Origin: Gemmatimonadota bacterium
GTDB taxonomy: Bacteria > Gemmatimonadota > Gemmatimonadetes > Gemmatimonadales > GWC2-71-9
Assembly: GCA_020350425.1 (NCBI GenBank)
Contig: CP070716.1
Coordinates: forward strand, 2,077,373 to 2,141,372
Direction of reading: 5' to 3'
Length of the DNA: 64,000 bases
The notes beneath the pieces are model-generated. The model saw nothing but the letters and a program-made list of their open reading frames with translations, was not told where the DNA came from and searched no databases. How positions within the stretch are numbered: position 1 is the first letter of the stretch; each line of letters begins with the position of its first letter. The translations under genes were made by a program, and so were the position numbers. This document shows, one piece after another, positions 27,974 to 37,842 of the stretch.

Positions 27974-29133
27974 GTCGATCCTCCCTGGACGGCGGCCAGG
28001 ATGGCTGCGTCGCCGACCACTTCGCGCTGCCAGCGCCGTAGCTCGCTCACACCGTCGAGCGCCGCCGTCGAGAGAGACACGGTGCGCGCGATTTCCTGCA
28101 ACGTTCCGTTGGGACACACCAGGCCGGGTGCGAGCCCCACGGCCTCTGCACGCTCGTTTCGCAGCTGCTTGAGCCGCTCCAGGCGCTGGTCGTACTCCGC
28201 GTCGGGTTCCGGCCTGCGCGACCGGCGCACGCGGGGGAGCTTCTGGTCCGGGACGTCGAGCCCTTTCTTCACGGCGCGAAGGATCGGATCACCGTAGCGC
28301 TGGGCCGTCGCTGCCGGCATGCCCTGAACTGCGGCGAGCTTCTTCGGGGTGAGCGGCGCGGCCTTGGCAACGGCCAGCAAGGCCGAGTTCGACAGCACCC
28401 TGAACCGGGCGCGGTCGAGGCTACGGGCGGTGCGTTCGCGCCAGCGGTAGAGCTCCCGCAGAATGGCGAGCTCTCTCGGCTTGAGGGCGCGCGCGCCCTT
28501 GATGCGCTGGTAGGCCTCCTCGTCGTCGGCGCCGAATTGCGTCCAGCGAATCTGCTCGAGGAGAAGGAACTCTTCGCGCACCCATTCGAGTCTTCCCATC
28601 TCCTGCAGCTTCTGCTCGAGCGTGTCCCGCAGCGATGTCAGGTACCTCGTGTCGTTGGCAGCGTACGCGACCATCTCGGTGGTGAGCGGACGGCGGGACC
28701 AGTCCGCGCGCTGGTACCTCTTGTCGACCTGGACGCCGAAGTACTTCTCCAGTAGGGATCCCAACCCCACCGCGGGCTCTCCGGCAAGCTGGGCGGCGAT
28801 CCGTGTGTCGAAGACGTTCCGAGCCCTGAAGGCGTAGTCCCGGTCGAGGATCCGCAGGTCGTAGTCGGCGTCGTGCAGGACGACCTCGAGCTTGGGGTTC
28901 GCGAGGAGGTCGCCGATCGGTCGCAGGTCGGTGACGGCCAGCGGGTCGACGAGCGCGGTCTCGGTGTCCGAGCTGAGCTGCAGGAGATACACGCGGTCCA
29001 CGTAGCGGTGGAACGACGCGGCTTCGGTGTCGAGTGCAATCCGGGGCTCGTGGGCGAGTCGGCGCACCAAGGAGCGAAGCTCGTCGGGACGGTCTATGAG
29101 ATCGGGAGCGGCGTCGTCGGGGCGGGCTGGCAT
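27970..29133 (-). CDS. rnd: ribonuclease D (DEDDy 3'-5' exonuclease + HRDC)
   Basis: IALDTEAASFHRY, VLHDADYDLRIL, YAANDTRYL. C-terminal HRDC-like LRELYRWRERTARSLDRARFRVLSN. Confidence 0.88.
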   Translation of the reverse strand: MPARPDDAAPDLIDRPDELRSLVRRLAHEPRIALDTEAASFHRYVDRVYLLQLSSDTETALVDPLAVTDLRPIGDLLANPKLEVVLHDADYDLRILDRDYAFRARNVFDTRIAAQLAGEPAVGLGSLLEKYFGVQVDKRYQRADWSRRPLTTEMVAYAANDTRYLTSLRDTLEQKLQEMGRLEWVREEFLLLEQIRWTQFGADDEEAYQRIKGARALKPRELAILRELYRWRERTARSLDRARFRVLSNSALLAVAKAAPLTPKKLAAVQGMPAATAQRYGDPILRAVKKGLDVPDQKLPRVRRSRRPEPDAEYDQRLERLKQLRNERAEAVGLAPGLVCPNGTLQEIARTVSLSTAALDGVSELRRWQREVVGDAAILAAVQGGST

Positions 29134-29380
29134 CGTTGGGTTGAAACATCGCTAGGAGACCCGGCAATTGAACAGTGCCCGTTGTGAGGAGAAACAGCGA
29201 TGTCGATTATCGACACAGTGTCTAGACGGTGTGGAAAAGCGCCAATCGATTGTGGGCCAAGGGGTTGGAAAGGACGGCATAGACACATCATTGCGACACC
29301 ATAAAGTCGGTATCGCGACAGCAACCGCTGTCGGAGGCCAGCGGTGAGCGCTGGATGTTGTCGGCTCATGGCGTGGGCGT

Positions 29381-30607
29381 ATGTTTACTGCCGTGACTTC
29401 GGTCCCCTCTGTGGTGATGCGGGTGTACCCCGACGACTGCGATGCCTTCGGGCACGTGAACCAGGCGGCGTTCCTGCGGATGTTCGAGCGCGCCCGTTGG
29501 GAGGTGCTGGCGGTGGGTCCGGGCATGGAGGCCTTTCGGCGCAGCAAGACGTGGCCGGCCGTCCGGAAGTCCACCGTCGAGTATACCGCAGAGGCTTTTC
29601 CCGGCGACGTGCTGCAGTACGACACGACCCTCACGCATCTCGGGCGCACGAGCTTCTCCCTGCACCAGACTGCACGGCGTGAGGCCGACGGCGTGATCGT
29701 GGCCGAGGCAGACTCCGTGTTCGTATGCGTGGGCGAGACGGGCAGGCCGAGTGCGGTGCCGGTGGAGATCCGCAACTTCTTCGGAACCCGGCCCTCAGTA
29801 CGTGCGGGAGCGGTGCAACACCTCCTGGTTCGTGACGTCGCCACGGCGGTCGACGTTCAGGGCGACGGTCCCGCCATCCTCTTCGTGCACGGGTTTCCAC
29901 TGGATCGCACCATGTGGCGCCATCTCGTCGCGCCCCTCACGGGGTGGCAGCGCATCGCGCCGGATCTGCGCGGCATGGGCTTGAGCGACGTGCCGCAATC
30001 GGGGCGGTACTCGATGGCGGAGTACGCGGACGATCTCGCGGCGCTACTGGCGAAGCGCGAGGTCGAGGAGACGGTGATCTGCGGTCTCTCGATGGGTGGC
30101 TACATCGCGCTGGAGTTCGTCCGGCGGTACCGCAGCATGGTGCGTGCGCTGATCCTCACGAACACGCGCGCCGAGGCGGACACGCCCGAGGGAAAGGCGG
30201 GCCGCGACGAGATGGCTCAGCTGGTGGAACGGGAGGGTGCCGGTGCGCTGGCCGACGTCCTGCTGCCGAAGCTCCTCTCCCCCAGCTCGCTCTCGGCCAT
30301 GCCACAGGTGGTGGAGCACGTTCGCACGATGATCACCGGCAGCCCCGTTGCGGGGTTGATCGGAGCGCTGACGGCCATGAAGGATCGGCCGGACTCGACG
30401 CCATCCCTGCAGCAGATCGATGTACCGACGCTCGTCGTGACCGGAAGAGAGGATCTGCTGATCCCGGTCGAGCACTCGCGGACCATGGCCGACGCGATTC
30501 CGGGCGCGCAGTGCACGGTGATCCCCGAAGCCGGGCACCTCACCCCGATGGAGCAGCCCATCGCTACCAGTCGGGTGATCGGGGAGTTTCTCGAAGCGCT
30601 GGGGTAG
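29381..30607 (+). CDS. fusion protein: 4HBT/YbgC-like acyl-CoA thioesterase + alpha/beta hydrolase
   Basis: N-terminal ~135 aa hotdog thioesterase (VYPDDCDAFGHVNQAAFLRMFERARWEVL). C-terminal ~265 aa alpha/beta hydrolase (ILFVHGFPLDRTMW, nucleophile elbow GLSMGGYIALEF, C-terminal EAGHLTPMEQP). Confidence 0.8.
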   Translation: MFTAVTSVPSVVMRVYPDDCDAFGHVNQAAFLRMFERARWEVLAVGPGMEAFRRSKTWPAVRKSTVEYTAEAFPGDVLQYDTTLTHLGRTSFSLHQTARREADGVIVAEADSVFVCVGETGRPSAVPVEIRNFFGTRPSVRAGAVQHLLVRDVATAVDVQGDGPAILFVHGFPLDRTMWRHLVAPLTGWQRIAPDLRGMGLSDVPQSGRYSMAEYADDLAALLAKREVEETVICGLSMGGYIALEFVRRYRSMVRALILTNTRAEADTPEGKAGRDEMAQLVEREGAGALADVLLPKLLSPSSLSAMPQVVEHVRTMITGSPVAGLIGALTAMKDRPDSTPSLQQIDVPTLVVTGREDLLIPVEHSRTMADAIPGAQCTVIPEAGHLTPMEQPIATSRVIGEFLEALG

Positions 30608-31174
30608 CTACTCGGCCAACCGCTCCGCCGGCACCAACGTTCGCGGACTCGGCTCCGAGTAGCGTCCCTGCGCCGCGTACTGCTTCTCCCACTCCTCACG
30701 CACGCAGATCGGATCGAGTCCGACCGGGCGATCAATGATCAGCACACCGTCGAGGTGATCGATCTCGTGCTGCAGCAGCTCGGCGAGCGCCCCCTCGGCT
30801 TCGATGGCGTGGGGCTTACCCGCCAGGTCCTTGTACGTCACCCTGATGTGGTAGGCGCGCTGCACGTGCACCACCAGGTTGGGGACTGAGAAGCAGTCGT
30901 CCCACACCTGAAAATCCTGGGTGCCGATATCCTCGATCTCCGGATTGATGAGAACCTGGGGCTCATCGACCTCGATGTACACGATCCGCATCGGAGCGCC
31001 GATCTGCGGTGCGGCCAGTCCACGGCCGCGACCGAGACGCCTCTTGAGGTCGCGCAGGGTGTCCTGCAGGTCGTCGGCCACGACCCGCACGGCCGGCGAC
31101 TTGACGTTCTTGACCAGCTCGCACCGGGCGCGCAGTATCGGGTCTCCCAACATCCGTACTGGACGTATTGCCAT
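30608..31174 (-). CDS. def: peptide deformylase (atypical motif 2)
   Basis: Motif 1 GRGLAAPQIG and motif 3 QHEIDHLDG are present. Motif 2 reads DDCFSVP instead of EGCLS. Confidence 0.8.
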   Translation of the reverse strand: MAIRPVRMLGDPILRARCELVKNVKSPAVRVVADDLQDTLRDLKRRLGRGRGLAAPQIGAPMRIVYIEVDEPQVLINPEIEDIGTQDFQVWDDCFSVPNLVVHVQRAYHIRVTYKDLAGKPHAIEAEGALAELLQHEIDHLDGVLIIDRPVGLDPICVREEWEKQYAAQGRYSEPSPRTLVPAERLAE

Positions 31175-31223
31175 TTCCGGCCTCGCGCCGTCGAAAGCGG
31201 GGCCCCCAATCTAGGGCTTTCCC

Positions 31224-31820
31224 ATGATCGCTGCCATCATCCCAGCCGGCGGTGCCTCCGAGCGCATGGGGGCGCCCAAGGCCCTGCTATCGTACCGTGG
31301 CCGCACTTTCCTGAGGGCGATCCTCGATGCGTGTGACGCGCTTGGGCTCGAACGCCGCCTGGTGGTGCTCGGGTATGACGCAGACAAGATATTGGCGGAA
31401 ATGGACTTGAGTGACGCCACGGTGCTGCGGAACCCCACGCCCGAGAGCGGTCCCATCGGCTCCATCCGGGCCGCGATCGGCGCCGTTCTCAACCATCCGG
31501 TTGAAGGCGTGCTGGTGTGGCACGTGGATCGGCCTCACGTCGCCATCGCCACGATCGAGACCATGCTCGACCGGTTCCGCCAGGGGCCACAGCCGATCGT
31601 GGTTCCGAGCTACCAGGGCCGGCGCGGCCACCCGGCGGTCTTCGGGCGCGCGGTATTCGAGGAGCTCCTCTCCGGCCCGGAAGACCAAGGGGCCCGAGCC
31701 GTGGTCCGCTCCGACCCCTCGAGAGTCGCGGTCGTGCCCGTGGACGATCCAGCGGTCACCGAGGACATCGACACGCCGGAGGCCTACAAGGGTCTCCTGC
31801 GGCGAGAGGATACTAGGTAG
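31224..31820 (+). CDS. MobA/MocA-like nucleotidyltransferase (molybdenum cofactor cytidylyl/guanylyltransferase family)
   Basis: N-terminal IIPAGGASERMGAPKALL. 198 aa. ...GHPAVF... is typical of the MocA-like family. Confidence 0.75.
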   Translation: MIAAIIPAGGASERMGAPKALLSYRGRTFLRAILDACDALGLERRLVVLGYDADKILAEMDLSDATVLRNPTPESGPIGSIRAAIGAVLNHPVEGVLVWHVDRPHVAIATIETMLDRFRQGPQPIVVPSYQGRRGHPAVFGRAVFEELLSGPEDQGARAVVRSDPSRVAVVPVDDPAVTEDIDTPEAYKGLLRREDTR

Positions 31821-33063
31821 CGGGTAGCACCACCCGCAGGCGCATGACGTACTGCACGTCCAGCTCGTCGCGCCACACGCCGTAGATCTCGCTACCGCGG
31901 AACACCCGCGGTGCGAACCGCTTCGGCATGGAGACGTGTCCCAGGAACCTCCCGTCTGCACAGAAGACGTCCCACTCGGGAGCTCCGGTATCCTCGAGCA
32001 GGTTGTACCGCTCGAGTTCCTCCTCGCTCAGGTCGGAGGCTGCCTGTATTTGCTGTACCCAGATCGTCCCCTGCGGGCCCGTCTGGATGGTGGCGAACGC
32101 TGGGAAATACTCACCGAAGTGGACCATGTTGCGGAGCTGGGGTAGCAGGGCGGGTGGGACGCCGGCATCTGTCCACGCCCGCTCGAGGAAGCCCATCACC
32201 GCCTGCTGGTCCCGCTCACCCACCGGCTGGCGCTCGAACGGCTTCGTGATGATGCGCTCGCACCTGCCGTCGCTCGTGTATAGGCTGAGTCGGTAATCGT
32301 CGTTGGTGGCGTACAGGAGCTTGAGGTCGTCGGTGATGCGCCACGCCGACTCTTTCGTGTACAGGTTGATCTCGGGAGTGCCCCCGCTCATCTGGAAGGT
32401 CTTTCCCGACGGGAACTTCATCATCGTGTCGGTCACCGTTCCGGCGGTCGTCACGACGACGATGGCGTCCAGCGAGTCGCGCTCCGGCTGATTGGGCCCC
32501 GGCATCGGCCGGCGCTGCATCACGAGGCTTCCGGTGCTAGTCGCCTGGAACTGCATCGGCATCCCCTCGGCCAGCGAGAAGGGGAAGCTCCCGGCATCGG
32601 CACCGTCTGGCAGGAAGAGGTTCACCCGTTGATTGGCCATGTCGGGCACGATGAGCGTGTCGCCCGGACCGGCGAATACGAAGAGAGCGCCCGGACCGAT
32701 CTCTCCGGGCCCGCCGCCCGGCTTGCCGATCGTGTGCCGATACCCGCCGTCGGCCGCGAACACCTTGATCTGCTGTGCCTGGGCGTCCAGCACGAAAATC
32801 TGGCCGTCGGCGTCCACGGCCATGAATCCGATCTGCCCGAACTGATACTCGGGCTCGCCCTCGACCGTGCCGATGCGAAGCTCCTCCTCGACGGTCCACC
32901 GCGTCGCCGACGTCCAGATACCGCGGTCGGGGTTGGCGACCATCTGCACCCCCGCGCTGTCCGACACGGTGCCAGCCCATTCGCCCCCGTCGCCCGCGCA
33001 GGCGCCCGCAACGCCGACGAGCAGCGCCGCCACGGCCACGCGATGTGTGATTCCGGAATTCAT
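31813..33063 (-). CDS. lipoprotein, 6-bladed beta-propeller-like
   Basis: Signal peptide plus Cys (VAVAALLVGVAGACAG). Repeated blade-like segments (GQIGFMAVDADGQIFVLD, GALFVFAGPGDTLIVPD, ...). 416 aa. Confidence 0.6.
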   Translation of the reverse strand: MNSGITHRVAVAALLVGVAGACAGDGGEWAGTVSDSAGVQMVANPDRGIWTSATRWTVEEELRIGTVEGEPEYQFGQIGFMAVDADGQIFVLDAQAQQIKVFAADGGYRHTIGKPGGGPGEIGPGALFVFAGPGDTLIVPDMANQRVNLFLPDGADAGSFPFSLAEGMPMQFQATSTGSLVMQRRPMPGPNQPERDSLDAIVVVTTAGTVTDTMMKFPSGKTFQMSGGTPEINLYTKESAWRITDDLKLLYATNDDYRLSLYTSDGRCERIITKPFERQPVGERDQQAVMGFLERAWTDAGVPPALLPQLRNMVHFGEYFPAFATIQTGPQGTIWVQQIQAASDLSEEELERYNLLEDTGAPEWDVFCADGRFLGHVSMPKRFAPRVFRGSEIYGVWRDELDVQYVMRLRVVLPAT

Positions 33064-33070
33064 CGGGTCG

Positions 33071-33403
33071 TCATTCCCCTTTCGACTCCTCGAGGATGCT
33101 CTCCATACGCTGTCGGTACTCCTGAAACGCCTCGCGTCCCTCGCCAGTTGCCCGGATCATCGTACGCGGCTTCTTGCCGACGAACTTCTTCTCGACGTCA
33201 ATGTAGCCGGCCTGCTCGAGCTTGCTGAGGTGCGAGGAGAGGTTTCCCTGCGTCATACCGGTCTGCCGCATGAGGAAGAGGAAATCTGCGCCGTCCACCA
33301 CGTACAGGTACGACATGAGCATGAGCCGAGCCGGCTCGTGAATCAGGCGATCGATCACACCCGGCTGCGCAGCGCTGTGGGCGTTACCCTCATCCGTTGT
33401 CAT
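33071..33403 (-). CDS. winged-helix transcriptional regulator (HTH_34 / ArsR-like)
   Basis: 110 aa. IHEPARLMLMSYLYVVDGADFLFLMRQTGMTQGNLSSHLSKLEQAGYIDVEKKFVGKKPRT. Confidence 0.8.
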   Translation of the reverse strand: MTTDEGNAHSAAQPGVIDRLIHEPARLMLMSYLYVVDGADFLFLMRQTGMTQGNLSSHLSKLEQAGYIDVEKKFVGKKPRTMIRATGEGREAFQEYRQRMESILEESKGE

Positions 33404-34010
33404 GGACCTCGGCCCCCGTCGGCAGCGGATACTTCCGCAAGAACCGGATCAACATGATGAGCCCCGGTATGATGATGACCGTGCCACCGACGAGAGCGGT
33501 CATGGCCGTGCCCACTGGGAGCAGGTGGGAGAAAACCGCGGCGTACACGAGACCGGCGAAGAGCAGCCGTGGATGGTCGAGCCAGTAGGCCATCCCGCCG
33601 AAGACGACGAGTGCCCACACGCCGGCGAACAGATTGACCAAACCGAGATTGCCGCGAAACCAGGTTGAGATGCTGCCACCGGAGGCGATGGCGAGAAAGA
33701 GCGCCGCGCCGAGCCCGAACGAGAACAGCAGCAGCGCCGTCGTCTTCCTGTGCTTCTCGCGCCGGCCCGGCCCGAAGTTCACCACTCCCATGCGGGGAAC
33801 GGTGATCAACCGCTTCGCCATTACCATGCTCACGACGATGCCTACCGACAGTATCAGATGCACGGCGATGGCCCAGGACTCGACCCTGACGAGTGCGCTC
33901 ACGCCGAGAATGAGCAGCGTGGCTCCGAGGAACAGTTCCCAGAGACCGTCGTCGTGCATTGAGCGCCAGGCCCGTCGCTCCAGCTCTTTCAGGTTGGGTT
34001 GGCTAGACAT
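33390..34010 (-). CDS. hypothetical polytopic membrane protein (paralogue 1)
   Basis: ATG 34010 (MSSQPNLKELERRAWRSMHDDGLWELFLG). About 5 hydrophobic segments. Shares AKRLITVPRMGVVNFGPGRREK and FLRKYPLP with the upstream paralogue. The upstream part of the 331-aa track ORF looks spurious. Confidence 0.65.
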   Translation of the reverse strand: MSSQPNLKELERRAWRSMHDDGLWELFLGATLLILGVSALVRVESWAIAVHLILSVGIVVSMVMAKRLITVPRMGVVNFGPGRREKHRKTTALLLFSFGLGAALFLAIASGGSISTWFRGNLGLVNLFAGVWALVVFGGMAYWLDHPRLLFAGLVYAAVFSHLLPVGTAMTALVGGTVIIIPGLIMLIRFLRKYPLPTGAEVHDNG

Positions 34011-34114
34011 GCTGATCTCCAGTGCAGGGGCGCCGCGCGGCCAATCGAGAGCCTCCTGCGGGGTACGTGGTTCCAGGCGCTTCGCCTCCCGGCGGAGGGC
34101 GTCCCATGCGGCCG

Positions 34115-34714
34115 CTAGTTCGCCGTACCTGGCCCGGGCGCCGGGAGCGGGTACTTGCGAAGGAACGAGACGAGGATGACGAGGCCCACGGCCAGCACCG
34201 CGCCGCCGGCCACGAGCATGGGCAGCGGCGAGTCGAGCAGCTCGGTCAGCGTGAACGCCGTGCCGACGATCAGCCCGACCAGGTAGAGGCGTGGGAAGTC
34301 CTTCCAGTGGGCGACCGCCGCGAACAGCAGTGCGATCAGTGCGCCGAGGCCGAAGCTCAGCAGCACGTGGTACTCCCGCACCCACGCCGATCCCCGCAGC
34401 GTCACGATGAGCAAGGCGATGGTGAGGGCAAAGACCAGAACCGCCAACAGGCGCAGGTTGCGCAGCTTTGCCCGGCGTGCCGGTCCGAACTTGACCTGCC
34501 CCATGCGCGGCACGGTGATCATGCGCTTTGCCAGGATGATCGCCGGCCCCATCAGCAGCATGGGGATGTAGAGATAGAAGCGGTACTCCCCCGCGATCCC
34601 TGCGAGGAACGCGAGCAGCAGGAGCAGGCCGAGGAAGACCTCGACCAGCCCGTCTTGATGGTACAGCTGCCAGGCCTTCCGCTCGAGCTGCCTGAGATCG
34701 AGTTGACTCATCAT
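34115..34714 (-). CDS. hypothetical polytopic membrane protein (paralogue 2)
   Basis: ATG 34714 (MMSQLDLRQLERKAWQLYHQDGLVEVFLG). Motifs AKRMITVPRMGQVKFGPARRAK and FLRKYPLP. About 5 hydrophobic segments. Confidence 0.65.
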   Translation of the reverse strand: MMSQLDLRQLERKAWQLYHQDGLVEVFLGLLLLLAFLAGIAGEYRFYLYIPMLLMGPAIILAKRMITVPRMGQVKFGPARRAKLRNLRLLAVLVFALTIALLIVTLRGSAWVREYHVLLSFGLGALIALLFAAVAHWKDFPRLYLVGLIVGTAFTLTELLDSPLPMLVAGGAVLAVGLVILVSFLRKYPLPAPGPGTAN

Positions 34715-34889
34715 GACCGTAGCCTCATCTAGTTTGTCATACAAACCAGTCTGCGACCATTCTAGCACTGCGGTGCGAGTCCGTCAACCCCCAGTAGCCA
34801 ACTCTTTGCAATAGAAGCAGTTGTGGATTCCCGGGGTGTTGCAGTTCCTGGGCGTTAGTCAGTGCCTGAGATCCATGTGCACCAATTCA

Positions 34890-34905
34890 TCAACAAAAGC
34901 GTTGA
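34890..34905. promoter_or_regulatory. inverted repeat TCAAC-N6-GTTGA, candidate SufR operator
   Basis: tcaacaaaagcgttga, 45-60 nt upstream of the sufR ATG. It contains the CAAC-N6-GTTG core that I recall being reported for cyanobacterial SufR sites. Confidence 0.45.
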
Positions 34906-34949
34906 ATTAGTTGCGCAAACTGGTCACTTTGTGTTAGGATTCCTGCCCT

Positions 34950-35605
34950 ATGAACCCGATCACTCCCGGTCTGGCTGGCCACAAGGGTCTCCGCGGCGAG
35001 ATCCTGCTCCAGCTCAAGAAGACGCAGCCCGCGACGGCGAAGGAGCTCGCCGACGTGTTCGGCGTCTCGGCCAACGCCATCCGGCGCCACCTCAAGGAGC
35101 TCGAGGCGGAGGGCCTGGTGCAGTACGGACGGGAGCAGCGCGGCACGGGCGCCCCGACGTTCACCTATCGCCTCAGTGCCAACGGTGAGGCGCTCTTTCC
35201 CAAGCAGTACGGCGAGGCGCTGACCCACGTCCTCTCGTTCATCGCCCAGGCCAACGGGAGGGAAGCGGTGCGCGAGATGTTCGCCGAACGGTTTCGCGTC
35301 CAGGCCGAGCGGATGCGTGCCGAGCTGGTCGACGTGACGATCGAGGAGAAAGTCCAGGCGGTCGTGGAGCTGCTGTCGCAGCAGGGGTTCATGGCGGCGT
35401 GGTCGGCCGAGCCGAACGCGCTGCGTCTCGCAGAGCACAACTGCGCGTTCCAGGCGGCCGCGGAGCAGTTCCCCGAGATCTGCGCCGCCGAGGCCGAGTT
35501 CCTGAGCGAGGTGTTGCAGAGCGAGGTCACACGCGATCAGTACATCCCGGACGGCTGCAACAGCTGTCAGTATTCCATCGCCCCGAAGCGGGGCCATGAG
35601 GAGTC

Positions 35606-35609
<4 letters not shown>
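34950..35609 (+). CDS. sufR: SufR-like transcriptional regulator (wHTH + C-terminal Cys cluster)
   Basis: N-terminal [44 protein letters not shown]-terminal cysteines HNC...EIC...DGCNSC. Sits directly upstream of sufB, with a 4-nt overlap. Confidence 0.75.
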
Positions 35610-37054
<1,445 letters not shown>

Positions 37055-37080
37055 AAACTGAATCGGGAGAACATCAGCAC

Positions 37081-37842
37081 ATGCTTGAAGTCAAGAATCT
37101 GCACTCCGGCGTCGAAGGGGTCGAAATCCTCAAGGGCGTCGATTTGACGGTGAAGCCGGGGGAGGTGCATGCCATCATGGGGCCCAACGGCTCCGGCAAG
37201 AGCACCTTCGCTCAGGTCCTCGCCGGCCACCCGGCCTACGAGGTCACCGGCGGGTCCGTCACGTTCGAGGGGAAGGACCTCGTGGAAATGGATGCCGACG
37301 AGCGGGCGCGTGCCGGCATCTTCCTCGCCTTCCAGTACCCCGTCGCGATTCGCGGCATCACGAACGCCTACTTCCTGCAGTCGGCGCTCAACGCGGTCCG
37401 CAAGGACCAGGGGCTGGAGGAGCTCGATACCCTCGACTTCGCGGAGCTGTTGGAGAAGAAGCTGGAGATGATCGGCTGGGACGACAGCCTGATTCACCGG
37501 GCCGTCAACGACGGGTTCTCCGGCGGTGAGAAGAAGCGCAACGAGATCTTGCAGCTCGCGGTCCTGGAGCCGAAGCTGGCGATCCTCGATGAGACCGACT
37601 CCGGATTGGACATCGATGCCGTGAAGGAAGTGGCCGCCGCCGTGAACAGGTTCCGCAGCGAAGACCGGGCGTTCATCGTGGTGACCCACTACGAGCGGAT
37701 CCTGAATTACTTCACGCCGGATCACGTCCACGTGTTGGCCGGCGGCAAGGTCGTGATGTCCGGCGACATGAAGCTGGCCCTGGAGCTCGAGGCCAAGGGC
37801 TACGACTGGATCGCTGGCGAAGCCGCGGCGGTGGCCGGATGA
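37081..37842 (+). CDS. sufC: Fe-S cluster assembly ATPase SufC
   Basis: ATG 37081 (MLEVKNLHSGVEG). Walker A GPNGSGKST, signature FSGGEKKRNEILQ, Walker B LAILDETDSGLD. Confidence 0.96.
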   Translation: MLEVKNLHSGVEGVEILKGVDLTVKPGEVHAIMGPNGSGKSTFAQVLAGHPAYEVTGGSVTFEGKDLVEMDADERARAGIFLAFQYPVAIRGITNAYFLQSALNAVRKDQGLEELDTLDFAELLEKKLEMIGWDDSLIHRAVNDGFSGGEKKRNEILQLAVLEPKLAILDETDSGLDIDAVKEVAAAVNRFRSEDRAFIVVTHYERILNYFTPDHVHVLAGGKVVMSGDMKLALELEAKGYDWIAGEAAAVAG

